From assembly GCA_027001995.1 (NCBI GenBank), contig JALTLO010000130.1, positions 2,926-21,982 on the forward strand: 19,057 nucleotides of DNA, given 5' to 3'. The translations under genes and the position numbers were made by a program. This stretch comes from Planctomycetota bacterium (lineage in GTDB: Bacteria; Planctomycetota; GCA-002687715; DRQF01). This document shows positions 1 through 8,346 of this stretch, one piece after another. The notes beneath the pieces were generated by a model. That model did no database searches, had not been told where the DNA came from, and worked only from the letters and a program-made list of their open reading frames with translations. Each line of letters starts with the position of its first letter. Position 1 is the stretch's first letter.

Positions 1-17
1 ATGGATCGGGATGGCAA

Positions 18-1184
18 ATGAAACGAATTGTCACATGGGTGATCATCCTCGGCGCAGCAGCCTTCATCCTCTACAATGTCTTTTGGCGTCCCCGAGAAGT
101 GGTGTCTCGCCAATCGTCTTCCGGTGACATCGTATTGGAGGCATTGGGCACTGGATCAATCGAAAGTCGAAAGACCATCGAGCTGGGCTTTGAGCTGACC
201 GGGCGGATCACTGAGCTTCTTGTTGACCAAGGGGACACAGTGGTGAAAGGCCAGGAGCTAGCCCGTTTGGACGCTGCAACATTCCAAGCAGAAGTAGCTC
301 TCGCTGAGCAAGAGGTGGCTCACACGAAAGCGACTGTTCGTCGTTTGGGAACTGACATTGGGCGAGCGCGCGCGGTCCTTCAAGGTGCCCAAGACAATCT
401 GGACCGAACGAAACCCCAAGTCGAAAAAGGTGTGGCGACTTTAGAACTTCTTGACGTGGCAGAGGAACGAGTCAAAGTGGCTCTCGCTGAACTTTCTCGT
501 GCGGAGGCTGCACTACTGGAAGGGGAACAAGTGGTCTTGTCGGCGGCGCGCAAGCTTGACCGAGCCAAAGCTGATCTCGAGAAAACAACCGCCATTTGCC
601 CCTTAGACGGGGTGGTGATTCGTCGGGAGAGTGAGGTGGGGAGCATTGTTTCTCCAGGAACCCCCGTCTTGCGGATTGCTTCAACGGAGACCATTTGGGC
701 CAGTGTTTGGGTTGACGAAACTTATCTCGATGGGCTTAGGGTTGGTCTGAAAGCTCGAATCGCCTTGCGCAGCGCACCGGAAGAGATCTTATTGGGGAAA
801 GTTGCTCGCATTGGGCGGGAGGTTGACCGAGAAACCCGGGAGCTTCTGGTTGATGTGGTTTTTGACAGCACCCCCAAGAACCTCGTCTTTGGACAGCGTG
901 TTGATCTTTGGATTGAACTCAAAGTCAAGAAGGATGTGCGTCGTGTTGATGCCCGCTTCTTGACCTATCAGGACGGCGAAGAAGGCGTCTTCATCGAGGT
1001 CGATGGCCGTGCGGAGTTTCGCAGATTGAAGTTGGGAATACGCGGACGGGAGCTGGTTGAGGTGTTGGAAGGATTAGATTCAGAGGTGACGTTGATAGCG
1101 CCTTTGGCCCAAAGCAATAAACCCCTCAACAGAAATCAACGTGTGGTCTTTCCGAAACAAGATTCGGGAGGACAGAAGCCGTGA
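18..1184 (+). CDS. Efflux transporter periplasmic adaptor (HlyD/MacA-type membrane fusion protein)
   Basis: N-terminal TM anchor. Lipoyl-like half-motifs 'GRITELLVDQGDTVVKGQELARLD' and 'CPLDGVVIRRESEVGSIVSPGTPV' flank a long coiled coil. C-terminal 'LGIRGRELVEVLEGL'. Its ATG overlaps the TGA (19-21) of an upstream frame entering from outside the window. Confidence 0.93.
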   Translation: MKRIVTWVIILGAAAFILYNVFWRPREVVSRQSSSGDIVLEALGTGSIESRKTIELGFELTGRITELLVDQGDTVVKGQELARLDAATFQAEVALAEQEVAHTKATVRRLGTDIGRARAVLQGAQDNLDRTKPQVEKGVATLELLDVAEERVKVALAELSRAEAALLEGEQVVLSAARKLDRAKADLEKTTAICPLDGVVIRRESEVGSIVSPGTPVLRIASTETIWASVWVDETYLDGLRVGLKARIALRSAPEEILLGKVARIGREVDRETRELLVDVVFDSTPKNLVFGQRVDLWIELKVKKDVRRVDARFLTYQDGEEGVFIEVDGRAEFRRLKLGIRGRELVEVLEGLDSEVTLIAPLAQSNKPLNRNQRVVFPKQDSGGQKP

Positions 1185-2395
1185 ATCTGGCCATTCGTGA
1201 TGTCCAAAATGATCTCAGTCGGTTTGCCTTGACCGCTGTTGGTCTGGGGTTATTGCTCACCATCGTGTTGGCCATGACTGGCATCTACAACGGGATTCTC
1301 CAAGATGCCACGGCTCTTCCTGATTCCTTGGGGTGTGATCTCTGGGTTGTCCAGCGCAATACCCGAGGTCCGTTCGCCGAGTTGTCTCGTATCTCTCCAG
1401 ATCTAGAAGATCGGGCTCGGGCTGTACCTGGTGTTCGGGCGGCGCGCTCTTATGTGTCGCATACGATTCAAAGAGAACTTCCCACGGGGAAACCCATTCG
1501 CTTTACTGCTGTGGGTTTGTCATGGCCAGACGACCGTGGCGAGAGACTCGCTATTGTAGATGGCCGAGCTTTATCTCAACCTCATTTCGAGTGTATTGTT
1601 GACCGCTCTTTGGGGCTCTCCCTAGGGGCTCGCCTGACTTTGGGCCGAGATGTTTATGAAGTTGTTGGGATCACCGAAGGTCTTCTTGCTTCAGGAGGAG
1701 ATCCGGCTGTATTTTTTACGCGCTCTGATGCTCAGGCCATTCAGTATGACCAATCCAATGAAGCGATTCGTCTCGATCGAGAGAGTCGGACGCGCAGGTT
1801 TAATGAAAGCTCCTTGAAGAACAATGAAGCCTTGAGGCGTCGGTCCTTGGAAGCAAACGTCTCCAGTCCGGCCCTCGGGCCACCGCCGATTGCTGCTGTC
1901 CTGATTGATGTTATGCCTGGAATTGATCCTGAAGATGTGCGTAGTCAACTGGAGGAATGGCGTGATATCACTGTCTACACTCAGGAGCAGCAGGATGAGC
2001 TGATCCTCGGAGGTGTGGTGGAAAAGACGAAGAAACAGATTGGATTGTTTCGTGGTTTGCTCGTGATCATTTCGGCAATTTTGATGTCCCTGATCATCTA
2101 CACCATGACGGTAGACAAGATTCACTCCATTGCCCTCTTGAAACTTTTGGGAGCAAAGCCCCAGGTGATTTTGGGGATGATCTTACAGGAGGCTCTCTTG
2201 TTGGGTGGCATCGCCTATGCCATTGCGATCTTGATCGGAAACGCAACCTTTCATCTCTTTCCCAGGCGCGTGGTGGTTGGCAATGAGCATCGTTTGACGT
2301 TGTTGGGCATTGTCTTTGCCATCTCTGTTGCTGCCAGCATCATTGGTATGCGAAAAGCCCTTGCCGCCGACCCCAACGAGGTTCTCGCATCATGA
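1181..2395 (+). CDS. ABC transporter permease, MacB/FtsX type
   Basis: One N-terminal TM helix, a large periplasmic domain, then three C-terminal TMs with the FtsX-like 'IALLKLLGAKPQVILGMILQEALLLG'. GTGA overlap with the adaptor gene. Confidence 0.92.
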   Translation: MNLAIRDVQNDLSRFALTAVGLGLLLTIVLAMTGIYNGILQDATALPDSLGCDLWVVQRNTRGPFAELSRISPDLEDRARAVPGVRAARSYVSHTIQRELPTGKPIRFTAVGLSWPDDRGERLAIVDGRALSQPHFECIVDRSLGLSLGARLTLGRDVYEVVGITEGLLASGGDPAVFFTRSDAQAIQYDQSNEAIRLDRESRTRRFNESSLKNNEALRRRSLEANVSSPALGPPPIAAVLIDVMPGIDPEDVRSQLEEWRDITVYTQEQQDELILGGVVEKTKKQIGLFRGLLVIISAILMSLIIYTMTVDKIHSIALLKLLGAKPQVILGMILQEALLLGGIAYAIAILIGNATFHLFPRRVVVGNEHRLTLLGIVFAISVAASIIGMRKALAADPNEVLAS

Positions 2396-3123
2396 ACACC
2401 CTAAAACCTGCCATTCGAGCTCAGGGACTTTCGAAGGACTATGGCGAGGGCAATACATTTGTTCGAGCCCTTCAAGATTGTAGTTTTGAGCTGAATGCTG
2501 GGGAGGTGGTCGCCCTCCTTGGCCCTTCAGGCTCGGGGAAGTCTACCTTGTTGACGATTCTTGGCCTAATCAACGAGCCTACAACGGGTGATCTTTGGAT
2601 TGGTGACTCTCAGGTGATCGAAGCTGGGAAAGTCGCCCAGGATGTGAATGACGTTCGGCGCCAAGAACTTGGGTTTGTTTTTCAGCGATCCAACTTGATC
2701 CCTTTTCTTAGCGCCGAAGAGAATGTCCGTTTGGTCTTGGAGTTGGACGAAATCTCTCCTCGTGAAGCCAAAAAACGGACGAAGGAGATTATGGCTGCTT
2801 TGGAGATCTGGGACAGAGCGGACAATGCGCCCAATAAACTCTCGGGGGGGCAGCAACAAAGGGTGGCCATTGCCCGCGCTCTCATCAATGAACCTTCGTT
2901 ACTTCTCGCAGATGAGCCCACAGCAGCTCTCGACAAATCTCGTGGACGACAGGTGATGGGGCTCTTTCAGACTGCTGCACGGGAACGCAATGCGGCCGTT
3001 CTCGTTGTGACTCATGACCACAGGGCCCTGGATCTGGTAGATCGAATCTTCATGATTGAGGACGGCTTGTTGGATACTGAATCCCAATTCAAACCGTCGG
3101 AGTTTGGAGTAATCGGCAAGTAG
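2392..3123 (+). CDS. ABC transporter ATP-binding protein (LolD/MacB-type)
   Basis: Walker A GPSGSGKS, signature [15 protein letters not shown], Walker [10 protein letters not shown]-loop VTHD. ATGA overlap with the permease. Confidence 0.96.
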   Translation: MNTLKPAIRAQGLSKDYGEGNTFVRALQDCSFELNAGEVVALLGPSGSGKSTLLTILGLINEPTTGDLWIGDSQVIEAGKVAQDVNDVRRQELGFVFQRSNLIPFLSAEENVRLVLELDEISPREAKKRTKEIMAALEIWDRADNAPNKLSGGQQQRVAIARALINEPSLLLADEPTAALDKSRGRQVMGLFQTAARERNAAVLVVTHDHRALDLVDRIFMIEDGLLDTESQFKPSEFGVIGK

Positions 3124-3170
3124 GGCAAGTGCATTCGATTTGGAATTTTATTCCAACGCTTGCCTGTATT
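3124..3170 (+). terminator. Possible hairpin/terminator after the ABC operon
   Basis: GGCAAGTG (3124-3131) pairs with CGCTTGCC (3157-3164), enclosing TTGGAAT-ttt-ATTCCAA. Starts right at the stop codon. The following U-tract is weak. Confidence 0.35.
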
Positions 3171-3357
3171 GTTGATGATAACGTCGCGGTAGATGTGTCC
3201 CGTTCCCAGTCTGCCGCGATCTTCTGTTGCTTAGATGGAAGCCAAGTCCTCCGTCTCGTGTTCCCCATTCTTGCTTTAATGGATTTCGCGGCAGCTGCTA
3301 AATTCGGGGCTCAGGACGTCTCTCAAGAGGTATTCGGATGAACAGAGAAATAAGCAA

Positions 3358-4056
3358 ATGATCACCGTCGTTATTCCGACTCTCAATGAGGAAAATTACC
3401 TTCAACGGGTTCTGACTTCCCTTGCAGTTCCAGGAGTTGCTGAAGTTGTCGTGGTTGATGGTGGAAGCCAAGACAGGACTTGTCAGATCGCAGGAGACGC
3501 TGGGGTTACTTTCATCGAGAGCCAACCGGGGCGTGGAACTCAGATGGCAACTGGTGCTGGTGTCGCCAAGACACCTTACATTTTGTTCTTGCACGCGGAC
3601 ACAATCCCACCCATAGATTTTGTCGACGAAATTGGCCGGACGTTCGCGGATAAATCTGTGGTGGCTGGGGCATTTCGCTTGGGGATCGACCTCAAGAGCC
3701 CTGCGCTTCATGCGATTCAGTACTTAGCGAATCTCCGCTGTCGGATTTTCGAATCACCTTACGGCGATCAAGGGATTTTCGTACGGCGTCAAGCACTCGT
3801 TGATATTGGGGGAGTCGCGCAGATTCCCCTTCTTGAGGACGTGGACATGATTCGGCGATTGAAAAAAGTGGGGCGGGTAGTTCTGAGCCTCAAATCGGTT
3901 CGGACCAGTGGGCGGAGCTGGAGTGACCATGGGACAATTCGCACAACCATGGCGAACGTCAGCACATGTGTGGGATATGTAATGGGGGTGAATCCTGTGC
4001 GCTTGGCCAACTGGCGTAAGCGAATCTTGTCAGCTAAGGAAGTCATCCATGCATGA
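3358..4056 (+). CDS. GT2 glycosyltransferase, TIGR04283 family (rSAM/selenodomain-associated transferase 2; arsenosugar biosynthesis-annotated)
   Basis: Motifs VVIPTLNEE, VVDGGSQDRT, GRGTQM, LFLHADT, PYGDQGIFVRR, IPLLEDV and VRTSGRSW are characteristic of this family. Confidence 0.88.
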   Translation: MITVVIPTLNEENYLQRVLTSLAVPGVAEVVVVDGGSQDRTCQIAGDAGVTFIESQPGRGTQMATGAGVAKTPYILFLHADTIPPIDFVDEIGRTFADKSVVAGAFRLGIDLKSPALHAIQYLANLRCRIFESPYGDQGIFVRRQALVDIGGVAQIPLLEDVDMIRRLKKVGRVVLSLKSVRTSGRSWSDHGTIRTTMANVSTCVGYVMGVNPVRLANWRKRILSAKEVIHA

Positions 4057-4340
4057 ACCATTCTCTCGAATCACTTGCTGAAGCTTCGTCTCCCGTTCAC
4101 GCAGAACTCAAGAACACCTACGGTAGTTGCGGCAAAAAAAAGAATGCTGGTCGTTCTTCTTATCTCGAATGTGGAGAGTTGTCCATGGTCGTCAATCATC
4201 GCCAAGCAATCGAAAGGGACGAGTGGCCCGAGAGAAAAAACGCGTGTTTCCAATCCGCTCCACTCTGCCGAAGCCGGAGTCAAACTTGTGCTGCTATCTC
4301 AGACGAGCCCTGTTCATTTCTGAAGATTTCCGCAGAATAA
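4053..4340 (+). other. Possible small ORF or gene remnant (95 aa, 6 Cys)
   Basis: ATGA overlap with the GT2 stop, and its stop lies 4 nt before the putP ATG, so it fills the gap exactly. No recognisable domain. Confidence 0.25.
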
Positions 4341-4344
4341 AGAC

Positions 4345-5769
4345 ATGGACAGAACGACAGCCGTACTCATAACTCTTGTCTCCTATAAACTCATTCTCAT
4401 TGGGATTGGGCTCTATGCGAATTCTAAGTCCTCGAGCGAAGAGGACTTCTTTCTTGGAGGACGGAAGCTTGGGCCTTGGGTGGCGGCCATGAGCGCCTCA
4501 GCCAGTTCCTCTTCTGCTTGGACACTCTTGGGGTTGAGCGGCTTTGCTTATGCCAATGGCCTCTCCGCAATCTGGTTCTTTCCTTCCTGTGTTGGCGGTT
4601 TCTTCTTGAATTGGTTTGTGGTGGCCCCGGCGATTCGTCACCATGTCAAAGGCAAACGTGTTCTGACGGTGACTGACGTCTTGGTGCAAGACCCGGAAAA
4701 GCCTGGATCTCGCTGGGTGGCTGTGTTTGCCTCTATTCTGATCATCGTTCTCTTCACCATATACGTTGCGAGCCAGTTTCAAGCGGCGGGAAAGGCCTTC
4801 GCCGATTCTTTTGGCATGGACCTCAACACCGCCGTGATCTTGGGGGCGAGTATTGTCTTGCTCTATACCCTGCTCGGCGGTTTCTGGGCCGTCAGTCTGA
4901 CAGATACTTTGCAGGGCATGATGATGGCTTTCACAGCTCTGCTCTTGCCTCTTGTGGCTCTATTCAAGATTGGGCCAGGTGAGCTTTTGTCCGCATTGCA
5001 AGCTGTAGATGATCCCGATTTTTGGCGTCTCATCGGCGGGCGCGGCTGGGCGTCAGGATTTGGTTTTGTCGTTGGTGTCTTCGGCGTGGGGATGGCTTAT
5101 CCTGGGCAGCCTCATGTGGTGAATCGTTTTATGGCCTTGGATGAACGGGAGTTAGCACTACGCCAGGCCAGAAGAATTGCTCTTATCTGGGCATTTGTCA
5201 TTTACGCAGGCATGATTCTCCTCGGCTGGTGTGGCCGGGTTTTGTTTGAAGAAATGAAGGACGGAGAAACAGTGCTCATCGCTGCTGCGAATGAACTGCT
5301 CCATCCGGTATTAGCGGGTATCATGATTGCCGCGGTTTTGTCGGCCATCATGTCCACGGCTGACAGCCAACTTCTCGTCGCTGCCTCTGCTGTGGTCCAT
5401 GACCTGGGTTGGGTCAAAGCAAAGAACAACGCTGTGGTCTACTCTCGTTTTGTGATTGCAGGAATTAGCTTGTTGGCCTTGGGAGTTGTCTTTGGTGGCG
5501 ATGCTAGCATTTTCACCCGTGTTCTTTTTGCCTTCAGCGCCGCGGGAGCAGCCTTTGGCCCGCCTCTCTTGGCCATTTGTTTGGGACGTGAACCATCTTC
5601 CAAACGGGTCTTTTCAGCAATGGTGGCTGGTGTGGTCGCCGTTCTTCTGGCTCGCTTTGTGGTGGCGCGGGGTCCTTGGAAGTCCCAGGTCATGCTCTTC
5701 GAATACACCTTGCCGATTCTCTTGTCAGCGCTGATTGTCTTCAGCGGTAGGCGATCCCCAAGAGACTAA
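4345..5769 (+). CDS. putP: Sodium/proline symporter (SSS family)
   Basis: About 13 TM segments. Motifs DFFLGGRKLGPWVAAMSASAS, YTLLGGFWAVSLTDTLQG, YPGQPHVVNRFMA and LSAIMSTADSQLL. Confidence 0.9.
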   Translation: MDRTTAVLITLVSYKLILIGIGLYANSKSSSEEDFFLGGRKLGPWVAAMSASASSSSAWTLLGLSGFAYANGLSAIWFFPSCVGGFFLNWFVVAPAIRHHVKGKRVLTVTDVLVQDPEKPGSRWVAVFASILIIVLFTIYVASQFQAAGKAFADSFGMDLNTAVILGASIVLLYTLLGGFWAVSLTDTLQGMMMAFTALLLPLVALFKIGPGELLSALQAVDDPDFWRLIGGRGWASGFGFVVGVFGVGMAYPGQPHVVNRFMALDERELALRQARRIALIWAFVIYAGMILLGWCGRVLFEEMKDGETVLIAAANELLHPVLAGIMIAAVLSAIMSTADSQLLVAASAVVHDLGWVKAKNNAVVYSRFVIAGISLLALGVVFGGDASIFTRVLFAFSAAGAAFGPPLLAICLGREPSSKRVFSAMVAGVVAVLLARFVVARGPWKSQVMLFEYTLPILLSALIVFSGRRSPRD

Positions 5770-6656
5770 GTACGTTTTCGGATTCCTGGCGCCATCTCCA
5801 AGAACACTTCAAAGAGGGCGTTCTCTGGCATGTCTTTTCTCCAGGCCAAATGTACTGGGAATTCAACCTTAGGCCGCGTGATGCGTTTGGCGATGACCCC
5901 TTTTTGTTCTGGGCCGTCAGCCTCGAGGGAAGGGACCAAGGAATAGCCCAATCCAGCTTCGACCAAAGCCAAAATACTGTCGGCTGACCCAGCCCGAAGA
6001 ATGCGTGAAGGCTGGATACCGAAGGATTGAAGGGCTTGCATTTGCAGAGACTCCGGGAGCATGTCGCGGTGATAGGCGACAAAGGTTTCGTCTGCGAAAT
6101 CGCGGACGGAGAAACGGGCCGTAGATGCTTTCTTATGATCTTGGGGTACGATCAGGAATGGCCTCAGTTTAGCTACCAAGACTGCTGCAACAGAATCTGG
6201 GATTTCAGGGAGGTGACAAATGAGAACGTCTGCTACGCCCTTGATGAGATCGTCGACATCTGGTTTTCTTTTCTCGTTGAGTTCTAAGTGAGCCTGGGGC
6301 CTCTTGATCATGACGCGTTTGACCCAATTGGGCAAAAGGTGGCGCACCAAGAGCGTCTCGGCGTGAATGATCAATTCGCCAGCGGCCTCTCCAGCTTGAA
6401 TGGCGCGAAGGACGCTGGGCATTTTTTCGAAGAACGGAGCTGCGAACTCGTAGAGAGACTTGCCAGCGGGGGTCAGGTTGAGAGACTTACTGTTGATTCG
6501 TTCGAATAGGGCGAGACCCAATTCAGTCTCAAGCTTCTTAACTTGCTGATGAACTGCGGGCTGGGTGATGGGGTAGGGATAGGCCCTGGCCGCCGCCGCA
6601 TAGCCTTTCGTCTTAGCGACCCAGTAGAATCCCTCCAGTCGGTGGATCTGCATCAT
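5766..6656 (-). CDS. LysR-family transcriptional regulator
   Basis: N-terminal HTH 'ITQPAVHQQVKKLETELGLALFER...LTPAGK' and substrate-binding domain 'LVEAGLGYSLVP'. 296 aa. Stop overlaps the putP stop (convergent). Confidence 0.93.
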   Translation of the reverse strand: MMQIHRLEGFYWVAKTKGYAAAARAYPYPITQPAVHQQVKKLETELGLALFERINSKSLNLTPAGKSLYEFAAPFFEKMPSVLRAIQAGEAAGELIIHAETLLVRHLLPNWVKRVMIKRPQAHLELNEKRKPDVDDLIKGVADVLICHLPEIPDSVAAVLVAKLRPFLIVPQDHKKASTARFSVRDFADETFVAYHRDMLPESLQMQALQSFGIQPSRILRAGSADSILALVEAGLGYSLVPSLEADGPEQKGVIAKRITRPKVEFPVHLAWRKDMPENALFEVFLEMAPGIRKRT

Positions 6657-6699
6657 GGTTTTGGCCTTTCATTTTGCCGAAGAGAACCTTTTCCGGGCG

Positions 6700-6714
6700 A
6701 TGACTCGTGGTCAT
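6700..6714. promoter_or_regulatory. Putative LysR recognition box (T-N11-A dyad)
   Basis: ATGAC-tcgtg-GTCAT: a perfect dyad containing T(6701)-N11-A(6713), 44-58 bp upstream of the LysR start in a divergent intergenic region. Confidence 0.55.
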
Positions 6715-6960
6715 ATTGCTGCGAAAAGATAACTTGTACCAGACGGTGTGATTTTCCCTTCACAGGATGAGCTCATCTTAGCCCGACGAATTCACGGCAT
6801 CGTGGTCGTTGTGTGAGAAAACACATAACAAAGAAAGCCTGGAATAATGATTTTTGAGACTTCTTTGCAGAAACGCAATAGGGCCAGGGCTATCAGAGTG
6901 TTGGCTTCACCGCCTGTGGCGCCTGCGAGGCCGTGAATTATTCGCTTGAGGGAGGAAACA

Positions 6961-7662
6961 TTGAAATTTGAACCCTTTGGCTGGCATCATCTTCTTGTGG
7001 TGGTGGTGTCTCTTGTTGGCTGGAGTCTTCTGATCTCCCGGGGACGCAGGGAAAATCCTTGCCTGAGACGTTATGAGTTTCGTTTGGCGTTTTCCGCAGT
7101 AATTCTTGCCACCAATGTCTTTTCGCTTTCCATGAGACTCATTCCTGAACGTTGGAATTTGGACTCATCCCTTCCACTTCATTTGTGCGATTTCGCTTGG
7201 ATGGCATCTTGCTGGTCGTTAATCGTCCAAGAGAGACGTCATGCTTTGGCCCACCAAATGGTTTTCTACTGGGGGCTTGGGCTTTCGACCCAAGCTTTCA
7301 TTCAACCCACGCTTCACCACGGCATCCAAACTCTGGATTATTGGTTCTTTTGGATCCCCCATTGGCAGATTGTTGCCGTAGGTCTGCTTAATTACTTCGG
7401 CTTCGGTCTGCGCCCCAGTTGGGCTGGCTTTCGTCGCACCGTGGCGTGGACAGTCTTTTTAGTTTTGTGTGTGACAGCGATGAATATTGTCTTGGAGACA
7501 CCGTATTGTTTCACTGGCAGAGGGACTCCAGAGAATCCCACGGTCGTTGATGTCTTTGGCCCCTGGCCTTGGCGGATCCTCGTCTTGTTTGCTGTTGTCA
7601 TTGCTTGGTTTGCGATCTTGACGAAGCTGTGCAGCGATAGATCGGGGCAGAAAGAACTTTGA
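6961..7662 (+). CDS. YwaF / TIGR02206 family integral membrane protein (TMEM164-like)
   Basis: Multi-TM protein with LPLHLCD, FFWIPHW and FGPWPW motifs. Start moved from 6946 to TTG 6961, which follows SD GGAGGA (6951-6956). Confidence 0.85.
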   Translation: MKFEPFGWHHLLVVVVSLVGWSLLISRGRRENPCLRRYEFRLAFSAVILATNVFSLSMRLIPERWNLDSSLPLHLCDFAWMASCWSLIVQERRHALAHQMVFYWGLGLSTQAFIQPTLHHGIQTLDYWFFWIPHWQIVAVGLLNYFGFGLRPSWAGFRRTVAWTVFLVLCVTAMNIVLETPYCFTGRGTPENPTVVDVFGPWPWRILVLFAVVIAWFAILTKLCSDRSGQKEL

Positions 7663-7671
7663 GGTCAACAA

Positions 7672-8346
7672 ATGTGCGGACGATTTACCCTGCAAAGCCC
7701 CAGTGATGTCTTGGCCGATCTTTTTGATGTGGACGACGTACCCGGGTTAGAACCCCGTTACAACATTGCCCCCACCCAAACGGTAGTGGCTTTGCGGGCT
7801 GGTATGGACGATGAGCCTCGGGAACTCGCGTTCTTCCGCTGGGGACTTATTCCGTTCTTCGCCAAAGACATGAAGATGGGGGCTCGGATGATCAACGCCC
7901 GTAGTGAGACTGTGGCCTCGAAGCCATCTTTTCGCGCCGCGTTCAAGCGCCGCCGTTGCTTGATCCCCGCAGATGGTTTCTATGAATGGCGCAAGGTCGC
8001 TGATGACAAAATTCCATTCCACATTGGCTTCGGCGATGGCAGTGCTCTTGCCATGGCGGGCCTATTCGAGCGCTGGAAGAACCCCGACGGAAACGTGGTG
8101 GAGAGTTGCACCATTCTCACCACGGAGCCAAACCCAGAGATGGCTCCGATTCACGACCGGATGCCTGTCATTTTGGGGCCCGAGGATTGGGACTTATGGT
8201 TAGATCCGGGAGTCGAATCTCGCCAGCTCCTGGAGCCTCTTTTTTCTCCTTGGGCGGGGACCAAGCTTGTACCAGTCCCCGTTTCTAAACATGTCAACAG
8301 TCCGAGAAACGACGACATCAACTGCGTTCTACCTATTGCTCCGTAA
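7672..8346 (+). CDS. SOS response-associated peptidase (SRAP; YedK/HMCES family abasic-site protecting protein)
   Basis: N-terminal MCGRF (catalytic Cys2), RYNIAPTQ, WGLIP, INARSET, GFYEW and HDRMPVIL. Confidence 0.96.
   Translation: MCGRFTLQSPSDVLADLFDVDDVPGLEPRYNIAPTQTVVALRAGMDDEPRELAFFRWGLIPFFAKDMKMGARMINARSETVASKPSFRAAFKRRRCLIPADGFYEWRKVADDKIPFHIGFGDGSALAMAGLFERWKNPDGNVVESCTILTTEPNPEMAPIHDRMPVILGPEDWDLWLDPGVESRQLLEPLFSPWAGTKLVPVPVSKHVNSPRNDDINCVLPIAP

Noticed and set aside
3129..3341. 70-aa ORF between the ABC ATPase and GT2
   Set aside because: GTG start inside a hairpin, no recognisable motif, and the region is better explained as intergenic.
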